Of a DNA stretch of 64,000 nt, positions 1 to 11,452 are shown piece by piece. How positions within the stretch are numbered: position 1 is the first letter of the stretch; each line of letters starts with the position of its first letter. Source of the stretch: Felis catus (lineage: Eukaryota); the NCBI RefSeq assembly GCF_018350175.1, contig NC_058371.1:200012001-200076000 (forward strand). The letters are read 5' to 3'. The position numbers and the translations under genes are program-made. The notes below the pieces were generated by a model that was not told where the DNA came from, ran no database searches, and saw only the letters and a program-made list of their open reading frames with translations.

Positions 1-338
1 ATTCTGTGTCTCCCTCTCTCTCTGCTCCTCCCCTGCTCGTGCTCTGTCTCTGTCTCTCTGTCAAAAATAAATAAATAGATATTAAAAAAATTTTTGAAAA
101 AAAAAAGCGGGGGGGTGGGGCACCTGGGTGGCTCAGTCGGTTGAGCGTCTGACTTCGGCTCAGGTCACGATCTAGCAGTTTGTGAGTTCGAGCCCTGCGT
201 CGGGCTCTGTGCCGACAGTTCAGGGACCGGGGTCTGCTTCGGATCCTGTGTCTCCCTCTCTCTCTGCCCCTCCCCTGCTTGTGCTCTGTCTCTCTCTCAA
301 AAGTAAATAAAAAACGTTAAAAAAAATTTTTTTTTTAA
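1..338 (+). mobile_element. Two Can-SINEs (3' end of one at 1-100; full copy at 117-338)
   Basis: GGGGCACCTGGGTGGCTCAG head, (CT)n region, AATAAA/A-rich tail. Confidence 0.9.
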
Positions 339-1709
339 AAAGTAGATGAATCAGGACAAGGATAGGACAGTGAGATGGGGTTCAGGTGAGGTCATGATCT
401 GGGACATAGGCCATCAGATCCCTACCTAATGGTGACACGGTTTTGACTCTGGGCTTCCTGGTGGCCAAAGGGATGGGAACTTCATCAGTTACAGCTGTGC
501 AGTGACAGCGAGTGAGAACAGATCAGTGGCCCTGATGTTCCTAAGACCCAGAGAGTTTCCCCCACGTGCCCTCACAAGAGGCCACTCGGGTGACAGAATG
601 GACATCATCCACAAAGCCAGCAACAATACGTGTATAATAATAGACACAAGCCAGTTTCCTCGAGGCCTCTGCTTGTAACGTCCCTCCCTGCATCCGGGAC
701 TTCAGAACAGCATAGAACCCCACGTTCTCAGACGGGTTTTGCCTGGATTGCCCAGAGCTGGAACTGATTCCTCGACCAACGATGGGCAGCAGGTCCTGGG
801 CGCAGTCTTCTGGGAGTATCAGTCCCCTCAGTAAGCACAGCAGGTACCTTTTCTTCCCCTGTCCTGGGGACTTTGAATCCCAGACTCAAAGTAAAATCTG
901 GACACCTGTCTGGAAATCTGCCCAATGACTCCAAATGGTCTCGGTCGGCAGGAAACAGACAGATAGTCACCGCAGGGCGTTCGGGAGCCGGGGCCTTCCC
1001 TTCCCTCTCTAGGCCTCGGTTTCCCCATCTGTGAGGCTAGGGTTGGGCTCACCCTCCACACATCCTCTCAGCTCAGATTTCCTGTTTCCCTGACACCCCG
1101 GCTCTCATGCGAGGATTTCCCAGGAAATACATTGAAATGATGCAACTTAGCTGACCACATAAGCTCCTTCTGCTTCGTTCAGTGCTCTTTTTGTTTTTTT
1201 TAAAGAGTCCTAGAATGGCACATCCCCAGAGATCACCCAGGTTAGAGACCATCCAGGTTAAATAAACCTTTGTGTTCTAGAAAGCTCCGGCCCAACCGGA
1301 CTTCCCGGCTGCCCGGAAAGCACCCACATGGGAGGGGCCGGCTGCACACCCACAGCACCGCCTGTCGAACGCTTTGTTCCTTCTGCTCTGAATTTTTACC
1401 CGTGACGGCCTCTCTGCAGTGGAACCTTTCTTCTTCTCCACCCTTGCTCCTGGCACTCTCAAGAAAGTGGGGTCTGAGCAGTTGCAGGGAGAGCAGGGGT
1501 CACCTTCCTCTGGGGGCGCAGGGTCCTTGACGGAAGCCTCGCTTTCTCACGCACGCGGAGCCTTTCCCAGGGGCAGTGCAGGTGCTGCATAAGTGGCCCA
1601 CGATTTGAGAGCGCGTCTCCTGCCGATCTCTGTGCCCGGCCCCACCCCAGGCCTGGCTCAGAGGCCAGCCCCAAGCATGCCCCTTGACCTTGTGTGCTAA
1701 ATGGTCTAG

Positions 1710-1821
1710 GTGAGAGAACGGAGAATTACAAGCTGCGGACAAAGCAGGGATTCGGAGACCCTTCGCCGGGGAGCAAGGCGGTGAATGGATCTGGCGAAGC
1801 CTGCATGGCCGTCCACCAGAG
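1710..1821 (+). CDS. EVC: EVC coding exon (equivalent to human exon 17), (G)ERTENYKLRTKQGFGDPSPGSKAVNGSGEACMAVHQ(R)
   Basis: TAG acceptor at 1707-1709, GTGAGC donor at 1822; 112 bp; translation resembles human EVC [38 protein letters not shown] (recalled); phase joins the next exon. Confidence 0.9.
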
Positions 1822-2104
1822 GTGAGCTCGCCCCCTCTGTCCTGTGCGCCCTCCTCTCCTCCCACGCGTCTGCTCCGTGCACTCGGCGTCCGATGGTGCG
1901 TGCACGTGGCTGCCAGAGTGGAGGCCCCCGTGCCTCGGTCGGGCTCCCTGCTCGACACGCGACCCCCAGGACGGGGCCTGGCACACGGGAACGAGCGAGT
2001 CCGGGTGGGGTGGGATCCCCCCGTGCACGGGGGCTGGGAGCAGGCTGTTCACCCTGGAAGTGACCCCAGAAAGCACCGTGAGGGAGCAGGGAGGTGAGGC
2101 CCCC

Positions 2105-2635
2105 AGCTGCTTCCCGCTGCTGTCATGACAACAGCCAGCTACGTGGCCCACGCTTCTGCGGGCCTGAGGTCCCCGCGGCGGGTGCTGGTTTTGTGGGTCT
2201 CCCACGGCCCAGCTCGGGGTGTCGGCCCGGTGGGCTCTTGACGAGGCTCTGGGGAGAATCTTCCCAGGTTTGCTCAGGTCGCCGGCACAACACAGGTCTC
2301 TGTAGAACTGAGGTCCCCTTGCTTTGTGGCTGTCGGCTGGGGGCCACCCGGCCTCTAGAGGCCTCTGTTTGGTCCTCGCTCGTGGTCCCTGCGTCTCGAT
2401 GCTTGAAGTCCTCTGCCTTCCTCTTCCGCCTCATCTTTCTGACTCCATTTGGAGAGACTTCTCTGCTTGTAAGCGTTGTGGTGATTGAGACCCACGTGGA
2501 TAGTCCAGGAGAGTCTCCAGATCCTAAAGTCGATAACCCTAAACCCAGCCTGCAGAGACCCGGCTACCACGTACTGTAACGTCCTCACGGGTCCAGGGAT
2601 TAGGGCAAGGCCACCTGTAGGGGCACTGTGTGGCC
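2105..2635 (-). mobile_element. MaLR MLT1-type solo LTR, degenerate
   Basis: Reverse-orientation MLT1 motifs (ggggagaatcttccc..., gattgagacccacgtggatagtccagga, ccagggattaggg). Confidence 0.65.
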
Positions 2636-4769
2636 TACCGCAATGGAGAAGAAGCACACCAACCCTGTGGCCGTGCAGCCTGCCCATGGCAACTGAGGCC
2701 CAATCCCGCTCTGGACCTTCTGGGAGATGGTATAAAATTCAACTTCCAATTATGTCAACAAGGGGGTTTGTCGGCCAAGCCCTGTTCCGCACGGGTTGAG
2801 GGTCTGCCCTGGGGGCGTTATGTCACCAGCACTTCCGGCCCCTGAGCTGGCCAGACACACCCCCGTGGCCAGAGAAGGCACTGAGACACAGACACAGACA
2901 CAGGTGTTTGGCGGAAGAAGCCACTGGCCTGTGTGGAAACCGTCCACCCAAGCGTGGACAGCCGCCCGGCACGCCCCTGTAAGCACCGACTCTTGGCTGG
3001 GCCCCGAGCTGGCCACTGGGGACAGTGCCTGTCACCCCAGAGCTCACAGCCTGGAGGGAGAGACGGACAGCGGAACAGCAGTAAATCTGTGCGGGTGCTC
3101 TCATGGGGGAGGGGAGGGGCGCTGAAGGATGACAGGTGACGGTCCCTTGTCTAGGCAGAGGCGTCCCGGCGGCTGGAAGCAGCAGACAGCCACGGCCCTG
3201 CAGGATGGAAGCGTGGGCTCCGAGTAGATTCCAGCCCCTCATCGGACGGCTGGAAACAAGAACCACAGGGTCCCCTGGGTCGGACCGAGTCCCGCACACG
3301 CTGTCCATAAATCCTCCGACGGCCGTTCGCAGTGGTCAGGAAACGTCCTGCCATCCCGCGCCTAGGTGCCACCTGGCCCTGACGGTCGGCTATCCACCTG
3401 ACTCGGGCCCGGCAGCTCTCAGACGTGAGGGGGCATCATCTCACTTGGTTCTCCTCCCAAACGTGCAGATGCCAGGCCCCACACCTGGACACTCAGACTC
3501 GGGGGCTGTGCGGGGGGACCCAGGAATCTGAGCCGTTACCCCACTCCTCCTCTCCAGGGATTCTGATGGATGGAGCCCAAGGGCTTCACCTGGACCCCAG
3601 TGACCCAAGAGGAGGGGCCTCAGCCGCCCCCAGTCCGACCTCCCCGCCAGGTTTTACGGGAGATGGAAGCAAAGCCCCGTGGGGGTGCGGGTGCGTGACC
3701 GACTCTCGCTGTGACTTAGAGGCTCATACGTGGCTGTTGGTGCCCTTTCCTCCGTGCCCGTCCGCTCGCAGTTTCTGGTGAAAGTCCGCCAGGGCTCCTG
3801 GGGACAGAGCCGTGTAGCGAGAACGGATCGTTGATTTAAAAGAACGTTAGGAGACTGAGCGCATGAAGCAATTCTCGGTCCAAGGGCGAACTCCACACTG
3901 CATCCCCGGGGAGCAGCGGGATCGTGGGAGAGCCCGGCTGAGGGGTGCCAGGTGACGCGGCGGTAGACTGGCCACACGCGGGCTAGGTCCCTTCACGCCC
4001 CGAGCCTCAGGCTCCCCGTCTGTGAAGTGGGGTGACGGTAGCTCCTGGCTCACAGGGCATTACCGTCAAGACCCACAGAGAGTGCGGCGCCCACGGCAAG
4101 GCCGGCCCGCGGCCAGCGCCCCACGCCTGATGTCCTTCACCACCAGCACAATTGTCACTGCTGTGCCTTCTGCACGGTGCGCAGTGCGGCTTGAAACAGT
4201 TGTGCAGTCGGGACTCTTTCAGGAGGGATGTTTTTTTTAAACACCCACTTCCATAATCAAATAGGAGTCCAAAAGGAAGGGGTTTATGACCCGTCCAGGT
4301 GACTCAGATCCTACAGTAGGGCATCCTCTCCTTCCGGAAGGTCCAGAGGATCAGCAGTGCCGAAGGGGGTCATGCTCGGGCCAGAGCACCACATGGCTGT
4401 CCCTCCGCAGGCAGGATTGTCTGCCTCTCGGCCGCTCTCTAGTCCCAGGTCCTTGTACCGCCCCTCCCGGCTTAGAGCTGTGGCCTCTGGCCTCCCGTCT
4501 TGTCCTGTGTCTACGTGTAGCCAGGGCATCGCGTAAACACAGGCGGCTGTGTCTCAGTCCCCCCTGGACCCTTCCGTGGATCTCCGGAACGGGCAGGGGG
4601 AAGCCCCACTCCGACCCCACCCCCGGATAGAGTTCTCACTGCCTGGCAGGCCCATTAGCCAAGTCCATGGTGAGGAGCGGACAGGCAGTCAGGGTGGCAG
4701 CCGAGAGTGACCAGGACTGTTGGCAGAACGGGTACAGGACAGGCTGCTCACAGCAAGAAGCCGCCTGGC

Positions 4770-5305
4770 CGCTGAATGGGGGCCCCTAGGAGATTTGTGC
4801 ATGTCCTCATCCCTGGAGCCTGTGCGTGTGACCTGTGTGTGCGTGTCCTCATCCCTGGAGCCCGTGCGTGTGACCTGTGTGTGCGTGTCCTAATCCCTGG
4901 AGCCCGTGCGCGTGACCTATGTAGAGGAAAGATCTTTGCAGATGTCATTAAGTGAAAGATCTTGAGACGAGATCGTGCTGGATTATTCCAGCGGGCCCCA
5001 AATCCAAGGGCAGGTGGGGTGGAGGGAGATTTGGTCACACACAGAGAAGCCCATGTGAAGACAGAAGCAGGAATGGGAACGGCGCGGACGTATGCCAGGG
5101 ATCACCGGGAGCCACCCAGAGCTGGGACAGGCAGGGAGTGGGCTCTCCTCTAGAACCTTTGGAGGGAAAGAAACCCCGCTGATCCCTTGATCGAAGCCTT
5201 CTGGCCTCCAGAGCCGTGAGAGAATAGATTTCTGTTGTCTTAAGCGCCCCCTCCCCCGCCTCAGCTTGTGGTCCTTTGTTAGAGCAGCTCCAGGAAACCA
5301 ATGCA
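4770..5305 (+). mobile_element. MaLR MLT1-type solo LTR with an internal 42-bp triplication
   Basis: gatctttgcagatgtcattaag, ggcctccagagccgtgagagaatagatttctgttgt, ...ggaaaccaatgca end. Confidence 0.8.
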
Positions 5306-5947
5306 GCCTCCTCGAGGGTGTGGGGGAGGCTGTACTGTAGAGCACTGACCTCATCTGTATCAATTATTTGTTCCGCATCTATCCTCTACCCGAGTTCAAA
5401 GTGGAGCTTCGTGAAGTCAGGGACTGTGAGTCTCTTGTTCGCACCTGTATCTTCAAAACACAGGACAGCACCTGGCAGGCCAGAGATGTTCTTATGTATA
5501 AATGAAGTTGTACACGGATGGATGGATGAGTGATGGGGTTTTGTAGGATGAATAGGAGTTTGCCAGGCCACTACAAAGAAGAGGGGAAAGCTATGACTGG
5601 CAGACAGAGGAGCATGAAGCAAAAGCAAGGTGCAATTCTGTGCCTGAAGGTAAACTCCGCGAACAGCTCCCTGTTGACACTAAACGTGGCTTCTGCAGAT
5701 GTAGGAACTCACAGAAGATTGGAAAGAAAGAGGCAAAGGGCCGTTACGAAAACAAGGTGGATGGGATGGGATGTTCCTGTTTGCTGAGGGTCTGAGGAAG
5801 GTCAGCCAAGGAAGGAGGGGATTCAGGGTAGGGGGGAGGCAAGGTGAAAGCAAGCGGGGGCCGTCTCCCGGTCAGGGACCCTGCTGCCGCCCCCGCTCGG
5901 AGCTGTGCCACCCAGAGTAACGGGCCCCCGTCTTCAGGGGGGCCCCA

Positions 5948-6948
5948 ATCGTCTCCCCGCCATTGAGCCAGAGGAGAAGTGAGCTCTTCCCTGCACGTGG
6001 CTCGGATGCTGCAGGCTAGGAGATGAGCATCCCGTTGCACGTTTTCCGTAAGGATGGGTAGCTGGTGGGTCTCCGGCCCTTTCGGGGGAATGCGCCCCCA
6101 CCCCTGGGTTGAGATGATTTTCATGCCGTTCAGTCACTGGGCAGCTGCGGGACCCCAGGGATGCCCCCGCCCCCTCTGAGCACCTCTTGCCCTGAGTGTT
6201 CTACCCTTTGTCCTGCTCATATCGCTGAGGACCCAGCGGGACCGAACGAAAAACGCGCACGCGGGATTCTGCAAAGTCGCGAGGGTGACTCACGTTTATG
6301 ATGAGTCAGCCCCCCCCCCCCCCCCCCAGGTGGAGGGACTCCAGCTGCGGCCGCTGTCACAGGCCGTGCAGCCACCGTAAATCCTGCCGGCCAAGGCCAT
6401 TCCTCTCTCTGGGCTCCACGGGCCCAAGGACGGCTTCCGCTCCCCAGTTCCCACGACTCAGCAGCCTCCGGGGGCACGTCTGTGCTGGGTCTCTGATTAA
6501 CCCGCCGCCGCCGGCTGGGGCGGCGCTGATGGCCTTCGTTCCTTCTGCCAGGGTGGCGGCACAGCAGAAAAAGTTTCTGGCCCAGTTCACCGTGCACCAG
6601 CGGATCCGCCTGGATGCTTGGAAGCAGAAGGCAAGGGCTGCGGCTCATCTGGAAGCCCAGCTTGAGACCCAGCTACAGGTACGAGTGTCGGAAAAGCGCC
6701 TTCACGGAGCGGGCCGGGGCTTAGGGAGGAACAGGAGCAGCAGAAGGCCACTCTCGTGACCACAGGTCGCGGCAAAAAGACCTTGGCCCTGGCTGAGTCT
6801 CGCTGGCTGACGGCTTGGCCGTGAGCCTTGGGGGCGGGCAGCAGCTGTGCTGATTCCCGAGCAGCTTCGGGGGGCCAGGCCCTGTGCTCCGATCATCTCC
6901 CCGCTGTTGAGCCGGAGGAGAAGTGAGCTCTTCCCTGCACGTGGCTCG
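5948..6948 (+). repeat. 57-bp dispersed direct repeat pair (5948-6004 and 6892-6948) flanking EVC exon 18
   Basis: Both contain gaggagaagtgagctcttccctgcacgtggctcg identically, with similar upstream bases. Confidence 0.9.
6552..6678 (+). CDS. EVC: EVC coding exon (equivalent to exon 18), (R)VAAQQKKFLAQFTVHQRIRLDAWKQKARAAAHLEAQLETQLQ
   Basis: ccttctgccag acceptor, cag|gtacga donor; 127 bp; matches the EVC coiled-coil motif ...FLAQF.VHQ..RL....LEAQLETQLQ. Confidence 0.93.
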
Positions 6949-7105
6949 CCATCACATGGGCCTCTCAGGGTCACGGAGGCAGTGCGGCTGGTGACCGAGG
7001 CCTGCACTTTCCCTGGGACACACGGGCGGCTCGGCCCTTGTGAAATGAAGTGGGTAGCTCATCACGGGGAAGTCTCATAAAGTGCGCTTATGAAAACAAA
7101 GTGGC

Positions 7106-7744
7106 GGGGCGCCTGGGTGGCTGAGCGTCTGACTTCGGCTCAGGTCACGATCTCACGGTTCGTGGGTTCGAGCCCCGTGTCGGGCTCTGTGCCGACAGCT
7201 CAGAGCCTGGAGCTGCTTCGGATTCTGTGTCTCCCTCTCTCTCTGCTCCTCCCCTGCTCACGCTCTGTCTCTATCAAAAATAAATAAACATTAAAAAAAC
7301 TAAAACAGGGGCATCTGGGTGGCTCAGTCGGCTGAGCGTCTGACTTCGGCTCAGGTCACGATCTCACGGTTCGTGGGTTCGAGCCCCGTGTCGGGCTCTG
7401 TGCCGACAGCTCAGAGCCTGGAGCTGCTTCGGATTCTGTGTCTCCCTCTCTGTCTGCTCCTCCCCTGCTCATGCTCTGTCTCTATCAAAAAGAAATAAAC
7501 ATTAAAAAAAAAACGAAAATAAGGGCGACTGGGTGGCTCAGTCAGTTGAGCGTCCAGCTTCGGCTCAGGTCATGATCTCGTGGTTCGTGAGTTCAAGCCC
7601 CGCATCGGGCTGTGTACTGACAGCTCGGAGCCTGGAGCCTGCTTCGGATTCTGTGTCTCCCTCCTCTCTGCCCCTAACCTACTTGCATTCTGTCTCTGTC
7701 TCTGTCAAAAATAAATAAACATTAAAAAAAAAAATTTTTTTTTT
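7106..7744 (+). mobile_element. Three head-to-tail Can-SINEs (7106-7305, 7308-7520, 7522-7744)
   Basis: Three SINE bodies with A-tails; outer TSD-like AAA(A/G)CAAAGTGG at 7093-7104 and 7745-7756. Confidence 0.92.
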
Positions 7745-8434
7745 AAAGCAAAGTGGGTGCCTTAAAAAAAAAAATCAGATATTCCAGAATGGAAGCACTT
7801 AACAGAGTGTTGGCCCGGTCAGAGTAGTCCCCACCGGTGTGGCAGCGACAGGTGAGAGCCAAGGTGGTTAATGCTCGTTCCCTGAGCGTCTGTCCTGACA
7901 CGGAACCAAGAGCGTTACACACGCCATCTGACCTCGTCGTCCCATAACCGAGGACAGGGTCACTGTCGTACTCCAGGTACAGGTGGGGACACTGCAGCTC
8001 TGAGAGCTGAAGTCACCGTCTAGTGTCACACAGCTAATAAGTCACGGAATCCAGGTCGGTGGTTAAGCCACAGCGTCGGCAGCTAAGAGCTCAGACTCTG
8101 AAGTCGAGTGGAAGCGGGTGAGATCCTGCTTCTGCTGCTCCCGCCCGTGTCCCTCTCTGAGCCCTCACCTCTGCACGCTTCTCTGTAAAATGGGGCTCCC
8201 TGGCTGGCGTGAGTGAGGACGGACAGTTCCCTGGCAGGAGCCGGAAAGTGCTGGTTCCTGTGCTCACACACGCGTCCGCCCTGCTCCTGCCTTCTGTGGG
8301 TTCTTCTCGGAGACCCGTCTGCCACCAGGGATGCGGGGCCATCAGCCACCCTGGAGAGGGCGTCAGCCTCACTGTGGTGCAGAGGCGGGACGGGGCAGAG
8401 GGGGACCCAGATGACCCTCTGTCCTTGCATCCAG

Positions 8435-8528
8435 GAGGCCGAGCAGAGCTTTGTCTCGGAGCTGGCGGCGTTGGCCCGGGTGCCCCTTGCCGAAAGCAGA
8501 CCTTTTTCAAGCAAGCGTGGCTCGTCAG
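8435..8528 (+). CDS. EVC: EVC coding exon (equivalent to exon 19), [31 protein letters not shown]
   Basis: ccttgcatccag acceptor, ag|gtaagt donor; 94 bp; matches human [22 protein letters not shown]. Confidence 0.93.
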
Positions 8529-9189
8529 GTAAGTCGTGGAAGGCGGTGCACAGCAGCGGGAGTATGGGCCCCAGTCCCGTGTCCGCCACTAACCATCTGT
8601 GTGGCCTCGGGCACCGTGCTTACCCTCTCCGGGCTTTTGTGTCCTTGCCCGTCAACAAGCGGACTCACTTAGCCCCAGGGCCGCCTTGCTCTTCAGCGTT
8701 CGGTACTTTCGATTCTGAGGTCTGCAGCTCACCACCCAGGCCTCTGTGTCCCCGACTTACAGACGGGGGTGATTAGCCCTTGGCCCCCTGCCGGCGGCAA
8801 CTACTGTGACCTCACAGGTGGTGTAGCCGGACAGAGACAGGGAGGTGTGTGAGAACACAGAGGTCTCTTAAAACAACGCTGCTCTGTCAGGGTCCTTCTG
8901 CTTCGGAAGCTCGGGTCAGCTGGGCGTGGCAGAAACCCAGCGGGAGCCTGGCAGCCCTGGGTTCGAATCCCAGCTCCGGCACGTAACGGCTGTGTGAGCT
9001 TGGGAAAGCCCATCACCTCCCCGGGCCTCAGTTTCCCTACAAGTTAAATGGGTGTAATCGCAGAAAGCACAGAGTGTCTCCTTGGCCGTGGATGTCCTCA
9101 GCAGATGCCCGGCTGGGTCGGGGTGAGGCCGAGGGAAGCTGTCACGTGCTTGACATCACCCAATGTCTGGGTTTATGTGTCTTCTGCAG

Positions 9190-9301
9190 AGAAGCCTGTA
9201 AGGACGAGAAGGAAGAAGCCCCCACCCCGGGAGAAAGGGAACCCGGGGGGCCCCACCGACGATGACCCTGCAGCAGGGGGCCACCCCTCGGGATCACTCA
9301 G
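9190..9301 (+). CDS. EVC: EVC coding exon (equivalent to exon 20), (E)KPVRTRRKKPPPREKGNPGGPTDDDPAAGGHPSGSL(S)
   Basis: tcttctgcag acceptor, ag|gtacgg donor; 112 bp; resembles human EKPLRTKRKKPLPQERG...SGSL. Confidence 0.9.
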
Positions 9302-9837
9302 GTACGGGGGCGGGGGCCGGCTTATTGCCAGTGGATGCGTATTGACCGCTTACAGTCCGGGCAGGAAAACAGGCGCCTTTCTCGGAGGTGTTAGCCACAG
9401 GGTCCCAGAAACGATGGACGATGGCGGGAGCTGTTGGTATCCCTGTCACTGCTACTATTCGTGTCCAGTTTGGCCGGGCCGGCCATGACCTAGCTCCGCG
9501 TCCCGCCAGCACCCGGCCTGAACGGTCCCCTTCTTGCCAGGCCCCCAGTGGCTGCAGACACTTTGGGGTCTGTAGGAGGGTCAGTGCGTCCCGGTGCGCC
9601 CAGTCATCTGAGTGGGGGGTTGCCTTTACCCCGTGGCCCTCAGGTGACCACCCCCTCCCCCCACCCAACAGAGGGAAACCGGAGGCCGTGTTTGTCTCTG
9701 GACAACCCCAGTTAAAGGGGGTGGGGCTGTTTTGAAGGCCTGTCACTGCCTTTTCGTCTGATCAGATCGGATGAGTTCTTGCCTCTGGACAGATCTGGAC
9801 TCACGTTGTGACCACTGCATTGCTTCCTTGTTTTAAG

Positions 9838-9922
9838 CAGCAAAAGGCTGAACCAACAGGAGAATGAAGCTGGCGACGGCGAGAGCCCCAAGAAGCCGCT
9901 GAAGGACAGAAGCCATCCGTAG
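9838..9922 (+). CDS. EVC: EVC terminal coding exon (equivalent to exon 21), (S)SKRLNQQENEAGDGESPKKPLKDRSHP*
   Basis: Acceptor ttccttgttttaag, in frame with the previous exon; TAG at 9920-9922; resembles human [28 protein letters not shown]. Confidence 0.9.
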
Positions 9923-10354
9923 GTTACGGTTTGGGTCGGGGCCGATGTGGAAGATCCAGCCGGAATAATGCCACCTGCCCGCCCCAGCCGGCTGGGACGG
10001 GGAGGGCCACCGGGGGGCCGGATGGACAGACGGACAGGCGGAGAAGTGCCTAGAAGGCCTGAGTGAGCATGGCAGACCCTGCCGCCTGTGGAATGAAAAC
10101 CCCGTGTCGGAACCCTGCCTGCAGTTTTCTCTTTCTCTTTGGCTTGGAGACGTGGCTCCCTTCCTCAGGGACCTCTTCGGCCCTGGATCTCTGAACCCCA
10201 CCCCCCACCCGCACCCTGCCTGCCCAGTGTGAGGCTGCCTCCAGCCTCGGTGCCCCCCTGCTCCCCAGACTCTCCACGGAGTTCTGCTGGGAATGCGGGG
10301 GTCTCCGGGCGGGGCTGGCGTTTCCTGGCCCGAAGCCTTTTCTCCATCTCTTTA

Positions 10355-10570
10355 TAAAAACTATTTTTAATGTTTATTCATTTTTGAGAGAGACAGAGAC
10401 AGAGCGTGAGCAGGGGAGAGGCAGAGAGAGAGGGAGACACAGAATCCGAAGCAGGCTTCAGGCTCCGGGCTGTCAGCAGAGAGCCCGACACGGGGCTGGA
10501 ACCCACGAACCACGAGATCATGACCTGAGCTGAAGTCAGACACGTACCCAGCTGAGCCACCCAGGCGCGT
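10355..10570 (-). mobile_element. Can-SINE in the inferred EVC 3' UTR
   Basis: Reverse-complement SINE ending ...gagccacccaggcgc. Confidence 0.9.
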
Positions 10571-11041
10571 CTTTTTCTCCAATTCTGTCATCCTTGTTCT
10601 CATGTCCCATGAGACATGTCCCACGCATCTGGCCGCAGGGTTCTCATCTGGACTGATTCCCATGTTTGGCTCAACCCGCAGCTAGTGCCTGGTCACCTTG
10701 GAGGTTGTCTCAGGGCCCCAGGACCCTGACACAGACCACGGAATCCCTGACCTGCAGGCCTACGTCACCCACCCTGGGGACCTGAGGCCTGACTGGTACC
10801 TAATGACACCTACAGCGGTGTCTTCTGTGGGCGGCCCCACTCAGCCCTCAGACTTCCCCTGGGAGGGGACAAGCCGTTCTGCCAGATGGCAATTTTCCCT
10901 CAGGAGACAATGTTCCCCAGGGGCACTGCTGCTCCCAGTGGGCAGGGACAGTATCCAGGAGCTTCCAGACTGGCCGCACTTAAACCACTGCCAGGAGAGG
11001 TCTTTCCCACTGGGAATGAAAATCACTCTTCTCATTGAAAT

Positions 11042-11265
11042 CAGGGATTCTCAAACCCGGCACTGTGGACATTTTGGGTGAGCTAATCCTCTGTTTGAGG
11101 GTAGGGGCCGTCCTGTGCCTTGCGGGATGTTTAGGGACATCCCTGGCCTCCACCGACCAGATGCCAGGAGCCCTCCCCAGTTGTGACAACCAGACATGTT
11201 CAGACGTGGCCAGATGTCCCCTGAGTCAAAGTGTGCCAGTACCTGGTGAGCCCAGAACGTAGTGG
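11042..11265. mobile_element. MER20-like hAT DNA transposon fossil
   Basis: cagggattctcaaacccggcactgtggacattttggg...gttgtgacaaccagacatgt...cagacgtggccagatgtcccctg. Confidence 0.75.
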
Positions 11266-11446
11266 GCTTCGGGAGATTTCTGAACCGTTTGTGGGCTGAA
11301 TTTTTATTTCTTAAAATCTAAATCAGATTCTGTTAGGAAGGAGTCTCCCACGGCAGTTCCCTGGTTGGTTAAGGATGTTCCCCATCAGAGCGACTGGTCA
11401 GCAGGCGGGATTTCCAGAGTTAACCGCCAGCTCCCTCTTGTGGCTG

Positions 11447-11452
11447 AATAAA
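11447..11452 (+). terminator. EVC: Candidate EVC polyadenylation signal AATAAA
   Basis: First AATAAA on + that I found after the EVC stop, about 1.5 kb downstream, followed by U-rich sequence; use is inferred. Confidence 0.45.

Noticed and set aside
7106-7744. tRNA genes and the recurrent MAQSVKR... ORFs
   Set aside because: These are tRNA-derived Can-SINE heads and their translations, without a full cloverleaf and recurring at every SINE.
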